Below, in pieces: positions 46,001 through 54,542 of a stretch of 64,000 bases of DNA. The stretch's first letter is position 1, and each line of letters starts with the position of its first letter. This DNA comes from an uncultured Myxococcales bacterium. GTDB lineage: Bacteria > Myxococcota_A > UBA9042 > UBA3505. Both the position numbers and the translations under genes were made by a program. The DNA is taken from contig CAZQPP010000001.1 of the NCBI GenBank assembly GCA_964594295.1, forward strand, positions 5,039 through 69,038, given 5' to 3'. The notes beneath the pieces are model-generated. The model had not been told where the DNA came from, did no database searches, and worked only from the letters and a program-made list of their open reading frames with translations.

Positions 46001-48309
46001 GTGCCCGCAGGCGCCAGCTCTGCGAGGTCTCGGTGCTCGCGCCAGCGCCGGTGGCGAACGGTGGCGGAGCAGCCCCGCCAGACGATGGCGCAGAGCCTGT
46101 CGGACTCCAGCCCCAGCGCCCACTTCAGCATCCCGAGGATTCCCCCCTCCCATGAATCGGCTGCCAGCGCGAACAACGAGAGGTTCGCGGACCACCGGTG
46201 CAGCAGGGCGTTCGCGAAAAGAGAGGGCTGCGGAAGCCCGGCCGCGGCTTCCACGACGCAGCGTTCCAGCGTCGCGTCGAAGCTCTCACCGTCGATCTCG
46301 TATCGGCTGAAGAGACGATCGACCTCGTCAGGAGGGTCGTCAGCGAGGATCAAGGCCTTGCAGATCCGGACGTCGCCGACAGGAGCACCCGAGCGTGCGT
46401 CGAGGGCCGCGGTGAGGCCTCGGGAGGGCCTCTCGGGGAGCATCTCCACCACGAAGCCAAGGTCGTGCTCCGGGCAGGCGGCGATCCTGTCGTGCTCTCC
46501 TTGCTTCAGCTCGTGGGGCGGCTGCCCGCGTGCCGGCCGCGGGGAGGTCTCCTTCCGTGGCACCGCCAGCTTCGCCCAGTCGGCGACGACCGGGTCCGGG
46601 TGCCCGAGGAGCTCGCTCATCAGGGCGTGGGCGACGGGAAAAGGGAAGCCGGGCGCGACAGGCTCCATCGACGCCAGGGCGACGATCTCCTCCTTCGAGA
46701 GCCTCTTGAGAGCAGAGAGCCAGCTGGGCTTCCGGTATCGCCGGCCGAGCCAGCCGAGGAGGGCCGGTGCGAGGGAGCTGTGCTCGCGCCCCGGGGCTCC
46801 GAGGACAACCGGCAGGACTTCCCGGAGGGCAAAGCCCTCTCCTTCGAGCCAGGAGCCGACAGCCTCGCTGAGCGCCGCCGCTCGCCTCTCGGAGAATCGG
46901 CCCTCTGTGGAGGCGTGGGCGAGGAGAGCCTTCACGAGGCCCATGCGCTCGCCGGCGGGGCGGAGACGAAGCACCGCGAGCTCCTCGAGACGGTCTAACG
47001 GGAGCGCCGCGGCCAGGACCGTCACGTGAGCCGCCGTCGTCGTCCGCGGCTCCTCGAGCAGCGCCCGGATGATCTCGCTGAAGGCCGCCTCTCCCGGGCC
47101 CCGCTGGGGCAGGGAGCAGAGCGCGTCGAGCCCTGTCGGGCCCGCGTGCAGCGACTCGACAACGCGTTGCTTCCCCCAGGTCCTCAGCAGGCGAACGAGG
47201 CAGGAGCCCGAGAGCAAGCGGGAGATCCCGGCGGCGACCGGCAGGTCGAGGCAGCCGTCCTCCCTGTCCGCGATGCCGCAGCCGATCACCGCGGGGAGAT
47301 CCTGCCATCGCTCGGGTCTGCGCAGATCGACCCCGGCAAGAGTCGCAGCGGCCGCCTTTCGGTCGCCGACGGGGATGCCGGGATGAGCGAGGAGCCCGGG
47401 CAGGATCACGCTGGAGAGCGCGAGGGCGTCGGTGGGCCAGCGGGGCTTGCCGAGGAGCACGGAGGCCACGCTCAGGGCAACGCTCCAAGGGGCGAAGCGA
47501 ACGGCTCGCCTGCTCTCGAGGTCCTCACGCAGGGCCGCGAAGAAACGGCGCGTCAGCGGCGAGTCCATCGCGCCGGCGCCGTCGGGGCCGGGGGGGCAGA
47601 AGAGCCCTACGATCCGGTCGAGGTCGTCCTCCTGAGCGCGTGCCGCCTCGACGGAGCGCTCGATCCCGGCGGGGGTGTCCTCCCCCGAGGGCGCCGCGGT
47701 GGCGCGCCCGCGAAGAGGCGCGAGGAAGTCGGCCAGCCGGACCGACTCGAGCACCTCGACTATGAGGCGCCCCGCGACCTCGCGGTCGAGCTCCCCGGCT
47801 TCGACGCCCTCGAGGAGCAGGCGAACGCTCGCCGGCGAGAGCGGGCCCCACTGGTTGAGGCGCCGCTCCGCCAGGTCGGCGCTCTCGGGGTCAGCGAGGG
47901 CGTGCGCCGCGAGAGAGCTCATCGCCTTGGTAGCTTGCCGCTGCTCCACGGAGAGGACGGCGAGGCGCGCTACCGGGCGTGGGTGAAAGAGGGCATGGCA
48001 CAAGCGCCCCGGCTCCTCGCTGGAGGAGCGCATGAGCGAGTATGCGGCGCTCTCCACAACCGCGTCCTCCCTGTCGTCGAGGGCCCGGACGATCCAGCGG
48101 AATGCGTCCGTCCCCCTGGCGCCGGCAAGGACCTTCACCGCGGCGGCGCGCACCGCCGCGTTCGGATGCTCCAGCGCCGGCTCCAGCACGCCCCAGAACG
48201 GGAGGCGTTGCCTCGGGCCAAGGCGTCCGGCCTCCCGCAGGAGCTCCTCGAGATCGGGATGATCGAGGTTCCCGCCGGCGAGGAGGCCGAAGAGCAGGGT
48301 GTCTCGCAT
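43081..48309 (-). CDS. Large HEAT-repeat protein with a C-terminal HExxH metallopeptidase-like domain and vWA domain (extended DUF2201-like architecture)
   Basis: ORF-track 1742 aa, ATG start. N-terminal HEAT-like repeats (NAAVRAAAVKVLAG...). HExxH in RALVLHELGHHVYH. MIDAS in GTLVDCSGSMA near the C-terminus. Confidence 0.8.
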   Translation of the reverse strand: MRDTLLFGLLAGGNLDHPDLEELLREAGRLGPRQRLPFWGVLEPALEHPNAAVRAAAVKVLAGARGTDAFRWIVRALDDREDAVVESAAYSLMRSSSEEPGRLCHALFHPRPVARLAVLSVEQRQATKAMSSLAAHALADPESADLAERRLNQWGPLSPASVRLLLEGVEAGELDREVAGRLIVEVLESVRLADFLAPLRGRATAAPSGEDTPAGIERSVEAARAQEDDLDRIVGLFCPPGPDGAGAMDSPLTRRFFAALREDLESRRAVRFAPWSVALSVASVLLGKPRWPTDALALSSVILPGLLAHPGIPVGDRKAAAATLAGVDLRRPERWQDLPAVIGCGIADREDGCLDLPVAAGISRLLSGSCLVRLLRTWGKQRVVESLHAGPTGLDALCSLPQRGPGEAAFSEIIRALLEEPRTTTAAHVTVLAAALPLDRLEELAVLRLRPAGERMGLVKALLAHASTEGRFSERRAAALSEAVGSWLEGEGFALREVLPVVLGAPGREHSSLAPALLGWLGRRYRKPSWLSALKRLSKEEIVALASMEPVAPGFPFPVAHALMSELLGHPDPVVADWAKLAVPRKETSPRPARGQPPHELKQGEHDRIAACPEHDLGFVVEMLPERPSRGLTAALDARSGAPVGDVRICKALILADDPPDEVDRLFSRYEIDGESFDATLERCVVEAAAGLPQPSLFANALLHRWSANLSLFALAADSWEGGILGMLKWALGLESDRLCAIVWRGCSATVRHRRWREHRDLAELAPAGTIELLFDVLTLGDLDEGRSELAELLPPSRGLNMEQRCEALRVHASEMLVDFHRGRVEVEAIDARRNNVLRLIGEMSMDVRVALSRWVSSHGLGKASVTKVVTGTSDLSLLEEARTSRSAKRLEKLCRSAFADVATAAARSLLALGEPGAASVAAALESVPALPCVREIALTIPDWPDGAALDRCRALAAHTSGLPEVRFCVALALMARGDSGALEHALRAAVAPSETSWFLAEDWRRLKDLGASAERLACALAVSPHHSAWGRAVAWLVDRVSWRPDIVLDALAAFLHTGTERLEELRVEAAAALLSKGRAEGLPVLLPYAGLGRSPVGWDSLWEGIVRLAEPEALRRVTAAVLAAGRDEITCELVDALVGSPEEADVRTELLAAIAGTTPSESAQGAALSALRRAPRAPHPRLRELARVWLEAERNARLLTGAQMEIEMLAGGELGYARMGSRCIQVNPLPLLRVEPNGETVVRALVLHELGHHVYHGGPRSAEVWAKALDEGLGDLLNLVADEHLERNMRARDEEHGNALKVLAAYAFRHSRREVDARSLTASLGWRCFEVLTATALEVGRAPDSVRLRSGSVLRSLEGSENSFARFVTALRMGLGNRHGDERVAQALTLFGRSFRGSSMEQLLGVARELKAIFGDETALLAPLGPGAIERVEVTELNAASEGMTQEDLQEAADELLRPAGGVAVVSRSEQDGPDSSLVVRGINLGEDTDFAELVERVVVPFDPRLYAEHERVVAPLARRMRRFFVRMGIGYTREGGRVQGRSVDRGRIRAALLRSDPRMLCASERVLRNDLHIGTLVDCSGSMAINENHERAKLFATLLSAATRGLPGIDTRFYGFDDQTLFEAGGGRRCAAASLEVGGGNNDAGALFAAAKRAMSSKRSRRLLIMVSDGSPTECTVEALRNLVAQLTRRHGFLCVQVALRRLDHVTFPHHVEILDDDMSSAVSAFGRCVVRLVGASLGR

Positions 48310-48341
48310 CTGGTGCCCGCACAGGCAGGACGTGAGCGCCT

Positions 48342-50870
48342 GTGGCTAGCAGCCGCGCCGGCCGGTCGCAAGCTGCGACCTCGTCGACGGCGCTGCCGTC
48401 TGGGAGCGGAGAGGCGCAGCCCACGACACAGCTCCGGCAGCTGGACACAAAGTGTCCAAGGCGGGGTGTAGGTTCCTCTCCCAGAGCCGCCGAGGAGACC
48501 CAATTGCACGACTTCGTACACCTGCACGTGCGCTCCCATTGCTCCTACATGGCCAGCAGCGTCAGGGTGCGTGAGCTGGTTCCAAGGGTGGCCGAGCTCG
48601 GCATGCCCGCGGTCGCGCTGACGGACTGCGAATATTTGGCGGGTGCGATCGATCTCTACACTCGCGCTCGGCGAGCAGGCATCCGCCCCATCCTCGGATT
48701 CGCCGCCACCATGGCCTCGTGTGCCGCCGGCGAGGTCGACGGCGATGCTCGCCACGAGATGCTGCTGCTGGCCGCCGGCATCGAGGGCTACCGCAACCTC
48801 TGCCGGCTGGTTCGCGCGGCCGGCGACGCCCGTGCAGCGACGGGGCGGTCCGGGCTCGAGCTTGCAAGCCTGGCGGAGCACTCGGCCGGCCTGGTGCTGC
48901 TGACCGGAGGCCTCCGCGGAGGGCTGGCGCGGCTCCTGATGCGCGGCGAGCGCGACGCCGCCCGGGAGCGGCTATGCCTGCTCCGCGATGCCCTGGGGCC
49001 GGAACGAGTCTTCGTCGAGCTGCGCGGCAACGAGACCCATGAGGAGCGGGAGGCGAACCGCGGTCTCGTCGAGCTCGCGCGGGCGGAGGGTGCGCCGATC
49101 GTCGCCACGGCGGATGTGCGCCACCTGCGCCCGGAGGACAGGGAGGCCTACGAGGTCTTGAGAGCCATCGGCAGGGGAGGGCGGGTGAGCGAGGAGGCGA
49201 GCCCGGAGCAAGAGCCGGCGCGGCTTCACCTGGCCTCGCCCGACGAGATGGCCGCGCGCTTCGGCGAGCTCCCGGAGGCCTTGTCGGCCACGCTGCGCGT
49301 CGCCGAGATCTGCGATGTCGAGATCGACGCGGGCACCGTGCGCATGCCGAAGCTGGAGCGTGGGCTCGGGCAATCCGCCGCGGCCCTCCTCGCCGAGAAG
49401 GTGGCCGCCGGGCTGCGGAGGCGCCTCGGAGACGCCGGTGAGGACACCGGGGTTAAAGGTGTCTCGATCTACGAGGAGCGGGTGCGCCGCGAGCTCACCG
49501 TCATCGAGGAGGTCGGCTTCACGGATTACTTCCTCGTCGTCGCCGACTACGTGCGGTGGGCGAGGGAGGCCGGGGTGCCGGTCGGGCCGGGCCGCGGCTC
49601 CGTCGGTGGGAGCGTGGTCGCCTGGGCGCTTCGAATCACCGAGATCGACCCGATCCGCCACGGGCTGCTCTTCGAGCGCTTCATGAACGCCGAGCGGGCC
49701 AACGCGCCGGTCATCTCCGTGGACCTCTGCCCGGTGCGCAGGCTGGAGGTGGCCGACTACATTTCGAGGAGGCACGGCATCGAGAAGGTCGCCTGGGTCG
49801 GCGAGCACGAGGAGATCCTCGGCGGGGCGCTCGTGGGCGACGTCGCCGACGCCCTCGGGATGAGCGGCGCGCGGATCGAGCGGATCCGCGACCTCGTTCC
49901 GAGCCACCGGTGGTCCTCCGTGCGGTACGCATCGGAGCACGATGAGGAGCTGCGCGACCTTGTGAGCCGGGACGCCGCCTATGCGCGCCTGCTCGCTCTG
50001 GCCGACCAGCTCTGGGGCCTCTACCGCGGCCCCACGGCCCACCCACCGAACCTGGTCATCTCCGACGAGCCCCTCGCGGGCATCGTGCCCGCAACCCGCG
50101 ATGTCCGGGGCCTCCTGACAACGCAGTACGGCAGATACGATGTCGAGGACCTTGGCTTCTTCCCCCTCGAGCTGCTCGGGCTCGAAGTGCTCACGGTCCT
50201 CGACCACGCCGAGAAGCTCGTGCGTCAGGGCCCGGTGCCGCGTTTCTGCCTCGAGTCCATCCCCTTGGACGGCGAGGAGGCCTTCGAGCTCATCTCATCG
50301 GGCGACACAGGCGACATCTTCCAGGTCGGGTCTGCCGGCTTCCGTGAGCTGCTCGCGTGGCTCCAACCGAGCTGCTTCGAAGACCTCTGCGCGGCGGTCG
50401 CCCTGTATCGGCCCGGGGGCCTCGGCTCGGGGATGCTCGCGGACTTCGGCAAGCGCAAGCGCGGCGAGGCAGAGGTGCTCTACCCCCATCCCATCCTCGA
50501 GGGGTGCTTGAAGGAGACCTACGGGGTCATGGTCTACCAGGAGCAGGTCATGCGGGCCGTCGTCGAGGTCGCGGGCTTCACGATGGACGGGGCCGACCTG
50601 CTCAGGCGAGCGCTCGGCACGAAGAAGGCTGACGACGTGGAGAAGATGAGGTGCCTCTTCCTGGAGGGCGCCGCGGAGCGCGGCCTCGGAGCAGGCGAGG
50701 CTGGCGAGATCTTCTCGGCGCTCGAGCACTACGCCGGGTACGGCTTCAACAAGGCCCACTCGGTAGCCTACTGCCTGCTCACCTACCGCTGCGCCTACCT
50801 GAAGGCTCACTTCCCGGATCTCTACTCGGAGGCCGTGGAGCGGTGCGCCAGCGGGCCGTCCTCGGGCTGA
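48342..50870 (+). CDS. DnaE-like DNA polymerase III alpha fragment: PHP domain plus polymerase core, lacking the C-terminal third (beta-clamp-binding, OB, tail). Possible gene remnant.
   Basis: ORF-track 842 aa. The likely true start is TTG 48504, preceded by GAGGAG with a 6-nt spacer. PHP motif FVHLHVRSHCSY. Conserved palm/fingers motif NKAHSVAYCLLTYRCAYLKAHFP lies close to the stop. An unrelated minus-strand gene begins 78 bp downstream. Confidence 0.6.
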   Translation: MASSRAGRSQAATSSTALPSGSGEAQPTTQLRQLDTKCPRRGVGSSPRAAEETQLHDFVHLHVRSHCSYMASSVRVRELVPRVAELGMPAVALTDCEYLAGAIDLYTRARRAGIRPILGFAATMASCAAGEVDGDARHEMLLLAAGIEGYRNLCRLVRAAGDARAATGRSGLELASLAEHSAGLVLLTGGLRGGLARLLMRGERDAARERLCLLRDALGPERVFVELRGNETHEEREANRGLVELARAEGAPIVATADVRHLRPEDREAYEVLRAIGRGGRVSEEASPEQEPARLHLASPDEMAARFGELPEALSATLRVAEICDVEIDAGTVRMPKLERGLGQSAAALLAEKVAAGLRRRLGDAGEDTGVKGVSIYEERVRRELTVIEEVGFTDYFLVVADYVRWAREAGVPVGPGRGSVGGSVVAWALRITEIDPIRHGLLFERFMNAERANAPVISVDLCPVRRLEVADYISRRHGIEKVAWVGEHEEILGGALVGDVADALGMSGARIERIRDLVPSHRWSSVRYASEHDEELRDLVSRDAAYARLLALADQLWGLYRGPTAHPPNLVISDEPLAGIVPATRDVRGLLTTQYGRYDVEDLGFFPLELLGLEVLTVLDHAEKLVRQGPVPRFCLESIPLDGEEAFELISSGDTGDIFQVGSAGFRELLAWLQPSCFEDLCAAVALYRPGGLGSGMLADFGKRKRGEAEVLYPHPILEGCLKETYGVMVYQEQVMRAVVEVAGFTMDGADLLRRALGTKKADDVEKMRCLFLEGAAERGLGAGEAGEIFSALEHYAGYGFNKAHSVAYCLLTYRCAYLKAHFPDLYSEAVERCASGPSSG

Positions 50871-50947
50871 GCATGTAACCGCCCTTCGTGGCTTCGTCCC
50901 GGTTAGGTTGTCGGGGCCTGCGTGAGGAAATCCGCTTGCGCCGCACG

Positions 50948-51358
50948 TCAGTGGAGATCTTCGCCGGCCCGTCTCGCGGCATCGCGCACGACCTGGCGCA
51001 CGCGCTCACGCGTCAGGTTGATCGCGGCGCCGACGTCGGCGAGGGTCTGCCGACCGTGCTCGGCTATGTCCAGAGCGCAGGTGAAGGGGATCTCCCAGGG
51101 CGGGCGGTCTGGGAAGTTGAGCTTGATGGCACGGCTGCCGGGCTTGACGTCCAGGTAGAGGTGGTATCGACAGCCTACGAAGGGGCAAGGTCGCGGGCCG
51201 TCGCGACAATCCTCGCGACTGCGCGGGCGGTGGTGCTCCATCCAGTCCACGAGCTCCTTGCCGGCGGCCACCTCCTCGGGAGAGAGCCTCGGCGACGAGA
51301 TCGTGCGGGGCCTGGCCACGGCGCCGCGTCTTCCTTCGCGCTCCCGTGTCTTGGGCAT
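50948..51358 (-). CDS. Sigma-70 region-4-like HTH DNA-binding protein (putative regulator)
   Basis: ORF-track 136 aa. The C-terminal segment [26 protein letters not shown] matches the region 4.2 HTH pattern (TLEEIG..LGVTRERIRQIE..AL.KL). Divergent from the ATPase gene at 51506. Confidence 0.55.
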   Translation of the reverse strand: MPKTREREGRRGAVARPRTISSPRLSPEEVAAGKELVDWMEHHRPRSREDCRDGPRPCPFVGCRYHLYLDVKPGSRAIKLNFPDRPPWEIPFTCALDIAEHGRQTLADVGAAINLTRERVRQVVRDAARRAGEDLH

Positions 51359-51505
51359 GACATGGTCCTCCGCATTCGGCTGCGGCGCTCGATAGTAATA
51401 GCCTTCGCCCGAGGGTGGTGGAAAGTTGTCAAGTTTTCTCGAATCGGCTCAACGTGATTCGGCGACAAGGGCTCGACCGGAGCAAGCTCAGAGACGAGGA
51501 AGCAC

Positions 51506-53998
51506 ATGTCGGAGCAGATCGCGACTCTCGCCCTTCAGGGGACGCCGTACACCGCGTTGGCCGGCTTCGCCGTGCGGAAGATCCTCTCGGCGGAGATCTT
51601 CTCCCACCAGGTGGGCTTGGGAGCGGGTTACCCGACGGCGCCCCTGGTCGCGGCGGTCTGTCGAGATCGTTGGACGGACCTCGGAGGTACGCTCTGCTGC
51701 TTGCCGGAACCCGTCGAGGGCCTGCTCGTGCTCGGGGCCGGCGCCGAGTGGGCTCCGTCGTCTCGCGAGCAGGCCTTTTGCGCCTTCCTCGCCGTCGGGC
51801 GGGGTGGCTGCACAGAGGAAGCGCGGAGCCACGCCGCTCGACAGGTGAAGAGCTTGTGGCTGCTCGTGTCGACCACCCTGGACTACCTTCAGCTCGAGAT
51901 GATCGACTCCGTGCAGGCGCTCCGCAACGTCTACGGAGCGGCGGACGCCGGCCGCACCGTGGAGATCCGGCGCCGACTCGAGCGCGTCACCATCGAGCAG
52001 GGCATCCTCGAGCGCAGACCGCTGGGCTTCTCCGGTACGGGCGACGCGCGCGAGCGGGTGCATGAACGAGGTGATGCCCCCGGGTTGGAGCACCTCTTCC
52101 CGTGGGTACCGAGCGACGACCCCTGGGGTCGCCTGGTCGACGCCCTCGAGCGCTCGGCGCCCGCTGCCCTGCTGGTGCACTTCCAGGGTTTGGAGCGCGC
52201 CCCCGAGCGCTGCATGGACCAGGCCCGCGGGGCGGTGTCGCGAGCCTACGACCTCCAGCACGACCCGCGGTGGGGGAAGACGGGAGCGCCCTCCGGCCTC
52301 GATCGCCAGGTGGCGGATCTCTACGACGCGGCGGTTGACCGGCTGGCCCGGATGAACGGCAACGTCCTGGCCATGCGCGTGTTCAGCGCGGGCGACATCG
52401 CCGAGACGCCGGGCCTGCAGGCCGTGGCGGTCCGCGCCATCGACGACGCCTCGGTCGATCCCGACCGGAAGCGGCGCCTGCCCCTGTTCCACGGTGGCGC
52501 CCGCACGGGGGTCGTGGGGTCGGAGGAGGTGCTCGTGCCATTCGCAGAGCCCGATCTCGACATCCTGTTCAGCCCGGAGGAGGCGGGTGGGGTCCTGCGG
52601 ACACCCGCCCCGCCGGCACACGACCTGGGCACGATGCGGGTGCTGCGCTCGCGGACGGCAGCCTGCACGGGCAAATCCGGCGATGACTGCGTCCTCGGAG
52701 TCAACGCCCACCGCGGTATCCGCCAGGAGATCGCGGTGGAGAGCCCCATGCGCTTCCGGCACACCTACGTCGTCGGCCAGACCGGGACCGGGAAATCCAC
52801 TCTGCTGCTGCACATGGTCCTCCACGACATACGGCGTGGACGAGGCGTTGCCGTTCTCGACCCCCACGGCACCCTCATCGAGGACATCCTGAAGCACACG
52901 CCCAAGGAACGCGCGGAGGATGTCGTCATCGTGGACCCGACCGACATCGAGCGGCCGGTCGGCTTCAACGTGCTCCGCATCACGGCCCACGACCCGACTC
53001 GCTACAGGCACGAGCGGGACATCCTCATCGACGATCTCTACTCCTACATCCACCTCACCTACGATCTGATGAAGGTGGGCGGGCCGCGCTTCGAAGACCA
53101 CTTCCGCTCGATGTTGCGTCTTCTCATGGGAGACGAGGCCCCCTCCCCGCCGCTCGTCCCCAACCTGATGATGCTGCGCCCGGCATACAGGAGCCAGGAG
53201 CTTCGTGACCGTCTGCGCAAACGGCTCACGCAGGACGACGCTGTGCTCCAGAGCTTCTTCGAAGAGGCGGAGGGTGTAACCTCGAGCGACGAAAGGCTCG
53301 TCAACCTGGCGCCCTACGTCACCAGCAAGTTCAACCGCTTCCTCGCCGACGCGGCGCTCAGGAACATGACCTGCCAGGACGGCATCCTCGACTTCGGCGA
53401 GATCATAGAGAGCAAGCGCATCTTGCTCTTCAACCTCGGAAAGGGCCGATTTGGAGAGCAGGCCGCAGGGCTCCTCGCTGCTCAGCTGGTCTCCCGGCTG
53501 CGTCTAGCGGCCATGGGACGCAAGATCGACCATCACACCCCTCCCTTCTTCCTCTACGCCGACGAGTTCCAGATGTTCGCCGGCGAGCGCTTCGACGAGC
53601 TCCTCGCGGAGGCTCGCAAGTTCCGCCTCGGCCTCGTCCTCGCGCACCAGTTCGCCGGCCAGCTCCCCGAGAAGACGCTCCACGCCATCTTGGGCAACGT
53701 CGGCACCGTAGTCGCTCTCCGTACCGGTGCCCGCGACGCGGAGATGCTCGCCCCCCTCTTCACCCCCAGCTTCCTCGCGCGAGACCTGTCGAGCCTCCCG
53801 AACTTCGTCGCATACGCCCGCAGCGCCGGCCAGCTCGGCACCGAGCCCTTCAGCCTCGAGCTGGCCCCGCCGCCCGCCAAGGGCGATCCCAAGCTCGCCG
53901 AGGCCGTACGCCAGCTCTCCCGGCTGAAGCACGGCCGGGACCGCTGTATCGTAGAAGCCGAGATCAACGCGACCTACCGCGCGTTCCTCTCGGGATGA
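51506..53998 (+). CDS. FtsK/HerA/TraG-superfamily P-loop ATPase (AAA_10/DUF87-like) with a ~400-aa N-terminal region of unknown function
   Basis: ORF-track 830 aa. AGGAAG lies 3 nt before the ATG. Walker A HTYVVGQTGTGKST. Walker B PFFLYADEFQ. The C-terminal region resembles the TraD/TraG-type coupling-protein tail. Confidence 0.75.
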   Translation: MSEQIATLALQGTPYTALAGFAVRKILSAEIFSHQVGLGAGYPTAPLVAAVCRDRWTDLGGTLCCLPEPVEGLLVLGAGAEWAPSSREQAFCAFLAVGRGGCTEEARSHAARQVKSLWLLVSTTLDYLQLEMIDSVQALRNVYGAADAGRTVEIRRRLERVTIEQGILERRPLGFSGTGDARERVHERGDAPGLEHLFPWVPSDDPWGRLVDALERSAPAALLVHFQGLERAPERCMDQARGAVSRAYDLQHDPRWGKTGAPSGLDRQVADLYDAAVDRLARMNGNVLAMRVFSAGDIAETPGLQAVAVRAIDDASVDPDRKRRLPLFHGGARTGVVGSEEVLVPFAEPDLDILFSPEEAGGVLRTPAPPAHDLGTMRVLRSRTAACTGKSGDDCVLGVNAHRGIRQEIAVESPMRFRHTYVVGQTGTGKSTLLLHMVLHDIRRGRGVAVLDPHGTLIEDILKHTPKERAEDVVIVDPTDIERPVGFNVLRITAHDPTRYRHERDILIDDLYSYIHLTYDLMKVGGPRFEDHFRSMLRLLMGDEAPSPPLVPNLMMLRPAYRSQELRDRLRKRLTQDDAVLQSFFEEAEGVTSSDERLVNLAPYVTSKFNRFLADAALRNMTCQDGILDFGEIIESKRILLFNLGKGRFGEQAAGLLAAQLVSRLRLAAMGRKIDHHTPPFFLYADEFQMFAGERFDELLAEARKFRLGLVLAHQFAGQLPEKTLHAILGNVGTVVALRTGARDAEMLAPLFTPSFLARDLSSLPNFVAYARSAGQLGTEPFSLELAPPPAKGDPKLAEAVRQLSRLKHGRDRCIVEAEINATYRAFLSG

Positions 53999-54076
53999 GG
54001 CGGAGAAGGACGCGCGCGGGAGACGCACAGCTGCTACACAGCACAACAGGATCGGCCACCGGCAAGGAGGTTTGAT

Positions 54077-54418
54077 ATGTGGCTCTTCACCGACTTCGGC
54101 TTCTTCAGCGTGGTCCAGAAGCCCGACACGAGCTGCCTGACCGTCAGGTCCAGGGTCGGGGACGATCTCGACCGGCTGCGGGAGCGCTACCTCCCCGAGC
54201 TCTCCGATACCGTGGTGGGCGGGGGAACCGACTACCCCTTCCGTGCCACGGTGTCCCACGCGGACTTCGCCGCCGGGCTATCGAGGATCGCGTCCGCCCT
54301 CGACTACTCCAACTTCAAGTACCGGGTCGAGGGCACCCTGGGTCGCGAGCGTTCGTCGGTGTACGGGCGAGTGTGGCAGGATCTCCTCGCGCTTGAGACG
54401 CCTGATGAGCGGGAGTGA
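54077..54418 (+). CDS. Hypothetical small protein
   Basis: ORF-track 113 aa. Strong RBS AAGGAGG 7 nt before the ATG. No recognisable motif. Confidence 0.5.
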   Translation: MWLFTDFGFFSVVQKPDTSCLTVRSRVGDDLDRLRERYLPELSDTVVGGGTDYPFRATVSHADFAAGLSRIASALDYSNFKYRVEGTLGRERSSVYGRVWQDLLALETPDERE

Positions 54419-54542
54419 CGCCTCCGGCCTCGCGCCAAGGTGGGCGGCATGTCCGGAGAACGCCCGGCGTGGCATCTTCCGGCCGTAGCACCTGACGCCC
54501 TCGTCGCGGTGCCCCGAACAACCGACACACAGGGAGGCTGGA

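Noticed and set aside
43016-48309. Numerous 100-870-aa ORFs in other frames across the 1742-aa gene (e.g. 43016-45004, 43537-46155, 45431-47029, 47026-48471)
   Set aside because: Frame shadows. Only the 43081-48309 frame yields HEAT, HExxH and vWA motifs.
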